Source of the DNA: Octopus bimaculoides
Lineage: Eukaryota
Length of the DNA: 42,437 bases
Assembly (NCBI RefSeq): GCF_001194135.2
Contig: NC_068984.1
Location: forward strand, 44,386,959-44,429,395
Direction of reading: 5' to 3'
A model generated the notes under the pieces. It ran no database searches. It was not told the DNA's origin and saw only the letters and a program-made list of their open reading frames with translations. How positions within the stretch are numbered: the first letter of the stretch is position 1; every line of letters begins with the position of its first letter. The translations under genes and the position numbers were made by a program. Positions 35,421 through 42,437 of the stretch are shown in pieces.

Positions 35421-36802
35421 AGACACTCACAGGTAAACTGATTACCCTTAAGCATGAAATTATAGGTGTGTTAACCAAGTTTTGTTTTCTTGTTATAATG
35501 TACTATAGATCATATCTGTAGGATTTTTAACCAACACACAGTATTGCAACAATTGTAAACAATTTATTGTTAAAATATGTGTATGGACATAAAAAGGAGA
35601 AATAAGTTGATGTATATATTGACTCATGTTTGGAGTCTTAGTTGACAGTTTCGCACCACCTTAAATATTCACAAACACATCCCTAATAAACCCAGTAATA
35701 TTACAAGTTAAAATAAACTGGATAGACTAATTTGCATTCTTAACACTTTCATAACAGCATAATTTAACATTAAATTACTGCTATGATTACAACATCTGAA
35801 AGCAATTAGTCTGTACATTACATGTGTGAACACAAAAGGACAGAAGAGTAGGTGATATACAGATGCTGAAAAAGACTCCAAAAATGTACATAACATACAG
35901 TTATTATCCCTTTTTTCTGTTTGTACTCATATTGTACAGACAAATTGTTTACAAATGTTGAAACAAAAAAAAAAACTTACAGATATGTTCTATAACACAT
36001 TATTGGAATGAAACAAAACACTTAATACGGCAGTACTTTAATGTTCAATCTCGCTACCAAGAAATATTAAATATAATTTGTAAAATTGGTTTATCCAGAT
36101 TACTTGTAATTTTAGTGGGTTTATACATAATGTATTTGTGGATATTTGAAGGTAGCACATAGCTGCTGATAAAGACTCCACAAAGAGATGCAATGTACAC
36201 ACAGCTGTTACCCACTTTTTATATCTGTACACGTATTGTACAGAAGAATTGTTTACAATTGGCATAACAGTGTTGGACAAAACAATTTATCAATATGTTC
36301 TATGGTACACAATATACATAAGCAATCAGGTATAAACCATTTGTTTTATTATCTAATAATATATATATATATATATACATACATACAAACATATGCACGC
36401 ACATATACACACAAACACACACACACACAGACATCCTTAGATAATGACTGGCAGAAAACTACCCAGAGGGCAAATTTTCCGCATGTAGATCTAATCTTTT
36501 CTGACATTTGATTTTTAAGAAAATAGAAGCTAAACAGCATATTATGTTTCTGATTTGTTTCCTGATCAAAGAAGTAAGTCTCTACATAGTCACTTGACCT
36601 ACTAAAAATAGCAGTCAATTCTCCTCAAAACCGTATCATGCATGCTTTAAGAAGGAAAACTAAAACTTACTTATACATCTTAGCATGGGTGAAGTAGTAA
36701 ATAATTTGGATATTTCCACATCCTTGGAATAAATGCTTTGTTTTACAGCGAAATATCCTAACCCATTGTTAACCACTGAAGCTTGAAATAGAAGACACTT
36801 AC

Positions 36803-36973
36803 CTTGACCAGTCTGTGAAAGGAACTCTGCTGCACCTCCAATTGGTTTAGTAACAACACCAACTAGCCCTTTACCGACTCCAGTTACAAATCCGCTTGCT
36901 AATGAATTGTCGCTGAGTAGCTGCGATGACAAAACACCTTGAATTGGTTGGTCAGCAATCCCAGCAATAGCAC
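36803..36973 (-). CDS. VPS13B: VPS13B coding exon (ATG2-C-like glycine-rich region)
   Basis: Acceptor TGTGGTTTCTGTTGCAG|GT and donor CAAG|GTAAG; 171 nt, phase 1 to phase 1. GAIAGIADQPIQ...GFVTGVGKGLVGVVTKPIGGAAEFLSQTGQG matches recalled human GAIAGIVDQPMQ...GVISGVGKGIMGVFTKPIGGAAELVSQTGYG. Confidence 0.93.
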
Positions 36974-38048
36974 CTGCAACAGAAACCACAATAACAGACA
37001 TACTCAACAAATGGCAGACAACAAGTTAATAATAAAGCCTCTACATAGTCACTTGATATGCTAAAAAAATAGCAGCAAAATTCCCCTCAAGTCACAACTT
37101 ATTGTCTTCAAATAAGAATGCTTTAGATAATGTAGTCTCAGATAGACAATGCCTGAAAAAAGGATGTGATAGTTATGAATTGAACTCCTTTCATCGTAGG
37201 TTGGTGTAATCAGGTCCTAACTAGATCTCATCAACAACAACAACAACCAGTATAGAAAAAGCTGTAACAAAGCTTCAAAGAACAAAGGCTGTAATAAAAT
37301 CTGACATCCCTCCAACCTCTCCTCCCTCCCCTTCTTCTTCTTCATACTCAGTCTGCTCAATAAAGGTAATCTCCCACAAACATCAACAGTTTACTTTGGC
37401 TTAGGATAAGGCTGAAGTAAATCTATGAAATCTGCTATGTCCACATCATAAAAGTAAATATGTAATGAGCTCAACCTGGCAGAGATAGCAGGAAAGTCTC
37501 TCTCAGACTACTCCTCTACCTTTAAAAAAGGAAGGACAAACTGGATAATGTAATCTATAATTGTAAAACCATAGTTTAAAAATATCATCAGAAGTATCTA
37601 GCAAGCTCACAGCCATCAGAAAGGTGCGCCCCTAAATTGCTTACAGAATCTTATGAGATAAATGCCAAGCTAATTAATCATGTTATATTATGTTTTTAAA
37701 CTCTAAAACTGTAGTTTACAAATGTTAAAAAAAAGCATCCAGCTGGCTCACAGTCATATTAACTTTACCTTCCCACTATAACCCTGTTCTTGACAGCTTT
37801 GGCCCTAGCATAACTCCCTTGCTGTTTCTCTATCTATTTGTTTCCTGCCTATCTGTTTATATCTCTATCAGTGACTATTTCTCAGTGACTTCACCAGCAG
37901 ATTAATTCAGGAGGTGAGTAATCAATAATGGTGGTTCAATGGATATGGCATATTATTCCCTGTTTCTCAAGGAAGCCAAAACCAGTCTAAGCTAGTGGAG
38001 AATTATTATTACTGTTATTAAGGCTCTCTCTAGCTCACTCCTTACATA

Positions 38049-39670
38049 CTGTAAAAACCCCATGTAATTTACGCACTTTTTTCACAAAAATAAAAAAATA
38101 AACTTTATGGGGTGCGTAAATTACCGGAAATTTTTTTTTGAAATTCTTTTTGTTGTAAAAAGACGTACAAAACATAAACATTAGGCGCAGGAGTGGTTGT
38201 GTGGTAAGTAGCTTGCTTACCAACCACATGGTTCCGGGTTCAGTCCCACTGTGTGGCACCTTGAGCAAGTGTCTTCTACTATAGCCTCAGGCTGACCAAA
38301 GCCTTGTGAGTGGATTTGGTAGACGGAAACTGAAAGAAGCCCGTCGTATATATGTGTATGTATGTATATATATATATATATGTATGTGTGTTTGTGTGTC
38401 TGTGTTTGTCCCCCCCACCATCGCTTGGCAACCGATGCTGGTGTGTTTACGTCCCCGTAACTTAGCGGTTCGGCAAAAGAAACCAATAGAATAAGTACTA
38501 GGCTTACAAAGAATAAGTCCAGGGGTTGATTTTCTCGACTAAAGGCAGTGCTCCAGCATGGCCGCAGTCAAATGACAAACAAGTAAAAGATTAAAAGAGT
38601 ATTCATACCAGAAGTTGATTCATTCAATGTCAGAATAGGTTTTTATAGAAAAAATAGTGGCTTGAATATAATGAAGCTGGGCAGTATGTTTACTTTTTCT
38701 GTATAAATTTACTAAAACCATTAACTGGTTATCTACTTGTTGAAGTCTGATGTCCATGCTGGTAAACATGGTCTGGGCCATTACATTGCTTGGAGTTTCT
38801 ACCTATCGCAATGGAGCACCACTGACATACATAGTGATATGGATATTCCTGAGTGAAAAAGATGTAATGATATGGATAATCTTGATTGTATGGTTTCATT
38901 TTTGTCTGTTTATTACTAGGCACAGTTTTAAGTTTGTTGTGCTGCTTATGCCAATTTCGAACATTGGCTTCATTAAAATGCCTTCAGGCAGCTCTATTGC
39001 CATTTTCAAATGCATATTTAACTTCTCCTTCACAGTAAATGATTCATAAGTTCTACCCACACTGACAATAACAGTACTGACAACTTTTTAAGTTTGCTTG
39101 ACATTTTATAAGTGTGAAAGGGATTAAAATTTCGATACTCCGTATCAAAGGCTCCGATAAGAATAGGCGATAAAGAATTCTATTTACATAATCAGTTTGA
39201 TTGGTTGCCTTCCTCTGTCAGTTGGTAATAAAACTTAATTTGCAACATCTGTGCATATTTATCAGCTTTGTTTTTGTTGGTAATTCTCATCAACAATTTT
39301 TCCTGTGATCGTTATTTGAGAAGACATACAGCAGTATGCTAAAATCAGACATAATCTCTTGTGGGCAAGAAATGTAAAATAAAGTTTATTAAAACAACAC
39401 AAATATTTTGTAATTTGATAGCCTTCAATGTGATACCTGTTAAACAGAAATTATTGTTATTTAATGACAATTTAATAAAATCTAATCATAAGTAAGTGAA
39501 GTCATGCTAAATACAACTAAATTGAAAACATTTTTTGCCTGGCTATATTGGCAATTCTGAAAACTTTTGGGTGTGAATTTTACATGAGTAGAAACTTTTT
39601 TTAATAAATTGTAACCTGAAAATCACCTGCATAAATTACACAGGTGTGCAAATTACATGGGTTTTTATGG
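38049..39670 (-). mobile_element. pogo/Tigger-type (Tc1/mariner) DNA transposon, internally decayed
   Basis: TIRs CTGTAAAAACCCCATGTAATTTACGCAC (38049-38076, preceded by TA) and GTGCAAATTACATGGGTTTTTATGG (39646-39670). Minus-strand YAFENGNRAA*RHFNEANVRNWHKQ (about 39020-38940) resembles the Brinker-type DNA-binding domain of pogo transposases. Confidence 0.7.
38182..38600 (+). mobile_element. SINE family A, full length, nested in the pogo element
   Basis: A-box-like TGGTTGTGTGG, B-box-like GGGTTCAGTCCC, internal (TA/TG)n tract, tail AAACAAGTAAAAGATTAAAAGAG. Confidence 0.9.
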
Positions 39671-40479
39671 TGTGTCTTTCTTTCAGCAGCTTCATCTGAA
39701 GATTCATTTCAGTAGGTAATTGGTGACCCACAAACATGATCCTTTATCTATTACCTTCTTTTTATGGAGGCTGGAGTTAGTACTAAGTTTATGCTAAGCA
39801 AATAAATTATTTTTATCCTTACTTTTACTAGTATCAAAACAATGATGATGAGGGTGCAGTGTTTTGCTGATAACCAGCTGGTGGAAGATCTGCCTGGGGT
39901 TAAAATAGTAGTAACATGGAACAGCCACTTTGATGTGGCGATTAACTTTACTGGTTAGTATAGTTACTACTCTGATCTCTTCTTGAGATTTTACAACTAG
40001 CTACTTTGCCTATTACTTAGTTTCCCCTTTAACAGCTAGAAATTGAATGTATGCTCTGGAACAAAAACATGAATGATCACGTGAATGATACCTCGTCCCC
40101 ACCCACTATGAACACTCTGGCTTATCTTTACTTAAAATAAGCGATGAAGAAACCTCTTTTCTGATCCTCCTAACTAATTGTATTTACTTAGTACCATGAG
40201 ACCCCATCCTTTATTCAGTACAATGGAGACAGTCCCTTCCTAGCCATCTCTTTGCAACTATAATGGTTAGTCAGGGCAAACTGCATCTGTTCCAGGAGAG
40301 CCTCAACCAGTTGGTAAATACTCTGCTCAATTCAGTAATAGCTAAATAGCATATCTTACCTACGCTACGGAAAGATGGGGTATCCCAGAAGTACCAGAAC
40401 CATGACCTGTCTAGGAATTCAGATACTCCAAACAAACCCACCATACTTCTGTAAGACCTCCATATTTCTACCCTCCCCT

Positions 40480-41520
40480 TACTATGGGTACCCTAAGCAG
40501 TATTGATCCATACTATGAGACCCTTTCATAGTATTATGGAAAGACATTGACACAGATATGATATATGAAAGAAAATGTGCACTACAACTAAAAAAAAAGA
40601 GCCACCAGGTGTACTGTTGGTGGATTTCAAGAAGCATGGACGTTTTGAAGGATGTAGTGTCTCGACAGCTAACAACTGATGCAAGTAGTTTATTCCATGC
40701 TTCAACAATTCTGAACATGAAAAATGTTTCTGAAAGTCATATGTTCTGCCTTGTTTTCTGATTTTGGGAGCATGTCCATGAGTGTTTGATACATGGAATT
40801 CAAAAAGGTGCCCAAGGATGTTGGAAAGATGGCGGATAATCTTGTGGGTGTCTACCAAGTCAGTTGCCAGACATCCTAGCTTCAATGTGTCCATGCCCAG
40901 GGAAGCAAGACATTCAGACTATGATAGATGCCTGACGGTGAGTATTTGTTTTGTTGCATGTTTCTGAAGTTTCTAGGAGAGGTATATGCTGAGTAAGATA
41001 GGGGCTCCAGGCTGGTAATGCAAATTCTAAGTGTGGATGTACCATTGTCATATACAGTTCTAAACAGATAGCTAGAGAGAGGCTGACAAAGGTCTTATTG
41101 AGTGATGCTAGGACACCCTAAGCCTGTCAAACACAAATCACTGTTTACAATAATATCCAGATCATGTTGACTTCTCGAGATTGGTGTTGCTGAGGGAGTA
41201 TGTAAAGGCTGTTTTTTTCTTCCCAAAGTGCATGGTGCACTTGTCCACAGCTAGCGCTTGAGTTGCCAGTTAGAGATTCATTGCTGCATTGTGTCCAGGT
41301 CTGGTTGCAGGAAAGATCTATAGCACATAGGATCTATTCTTTTTATTTCAAGGTACAGATTGATGTCATCTACATATTTCAACACTGCAACATTCCTCAA
41401 GTTTGCATCTGTGTCGTTAATATATGCAACAATTGAAGACAACCCCACTAAAATGTTGGACAATTCAAAAGTCTGCCTCAGAAAGCAATAACCCAGCAAA
41501 ACAAAAAAATTCATAAGGGT
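40480..41520 (-). mobile_element. CR1-type LINE 3' fragments
   Basis: VLKYVDDINLY (about 41390); DLVDTHKII...FEFHVSNTHGHAPKIRKQ / FRIVEAWNKLLASVVS (cf. GDLIExYKI...NTRGHxxKL...RVVxxWNxLPxxVV). Confidence 0.75.
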
Positions 41521-42014
41521 TGATGTGAAATTTGTATGACATAAAGAAGAGAAAGTAACTTATCTAGAACAGTAACTTAGAATACATTTCTGCATAGGGG
41601 AGACATGAACTCTATCAGCTGCAGTGGAAGTAGCCTATCTACAAGAGCAGCAACTCTGAATAAAAATTGACGCAGTGTAGAGGGAACAAATACAGTCTAA
41701 CCAAACAGCTTCTCTATAGTACAAATGGCAAAATGAAATTCATTCAGTCTATGCTGTGAAGTAATAGAAAGGACATCCAGCTGTGAAAAACATGCCTAAG
41801 ATATATCAGTCAAATCAAGCTATAACTCTAATTACATATACGGAATTGATACATACAAAGATAATTCTGTGCATAGTAGATAGATAGCCCATTAGGAATA
41901 TCTGATCATGTCTGAGAACCTCTCAAACATAAAATGATATCATCAGCTCTCTTCCTTTTAGATACAGAAAATGGATATCAAACAGTCAAAACTCCACCAG
42001 AAAATCTCCTCTGT

Positions 42015-42215
42015 TAGAGGCAAAACGTTGGTAAGATGAAAGCGAAATCTAGAGTGATTGTAACAATTCTCAAACAGTGGCAGGTAGACACAAGTTGTGT
42101 CCAAGAAGGAATATGGAAAGGAATCTCAGCCAGACTTCCCATGAACTGGAAGAACATGAACATTTTTGTGGGTAGGTAACACATCTGGAACTGGTGAAGT
42201 AGGCATATTTTTGAC
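42015..42215 (+). mobile_element. RTE-clade endonuclease N-terminal fragment
   Basis: NVGKMK...KQWQVDTSCVQEGIWKGISAR (cf. NVGTM...RRKVDILCVQETRWKGSKAR). Confidence 0.6.
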
Positions 42216-42219
42216 AGAG

Positions 42220-42221
<2 letters not shown>

Positions 42222-42263
<42 letters not shown>

Positions 42264-42437
42264 GTTTAACGTCCGCTTTCCATGCTAGCATGGGTTGGAC
42301 GATTTGACTGAGGACTGGTGAAACCGGATGGCAACACCAGGCTCCAGTCTGATTTGGCAGAGTTTCTACAGCTGGATGCCCTTCCTAACGCCAACCACTC
42401 AGAGAGTGTAGTGGGTGCTTTTACGTGTCACCCACAC
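42222..42437 (-). mobile_element. Family B copy with (CAT)n tail, truncated by the window end
   Basis: About 175 bp after the tail differ from the reverse complement of the 28215-28390 copy at one position by eye. Confidence 0.9.

Noticed and set aside
40360-40448. 89-nt open segment with an AG|GTAAGA donor in phase 1 as the upstream VPS13B exon
   Set aside because: Translation (SMVGLFGVSEFLDRSWFWYFWDTPSFRSV) does not resemble the expected GLSRLGISLL region; the true upstream exon is probably outside the window.

Overview
AT-rich, repeat-dense eukaryotic genomic DNA with two N gaps (3423-3615, 33746-34261). The SINE/LINE repertoire and microsatellite density suggest an octopus (coleoid cephalopod) genome; this is inference from recalled repeat families. 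The only host gene I can support is the 3' end of VPS13B (Cohen syndrome gene) on the minus strand. It has three GT-AG exons: 36973-36803, 26107-25786 and 25292-24996 (stop). Reading-frame arithmetic requires one more exon of 3n+1 nt that I could not find; it may lie in the second gap. The rest is a layered transposon graveyard: a decayed BEL/Pao pol (about 7400-3815, minus) carrying an unexplained ~1 kb Cys/His-, TGCA/CATG-rich insert; a decayed hATm-like transposase split by a Charlie-type MITE with TSD; a pogo/Tigger element with TIRs; RTE, R4/Dong, Tx1 and CR1 LINE fragments; four short interspersed families; and a 633-bp foldback element. The best second-look items are the insert in the BEL fossil, a perfectly duplicated 96-bp promoter-like module (7944-8039 and 9782-9877), the foldback and inverted SINE pairs (potential dsRNA/ADAR substrates), and a SINE inserted at the last VPS13B splice donor. 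I found no convincing novel multi-gene system. TE fossil calls are by-eye translations through stops and frameshifts, and their boundaries are approximate.
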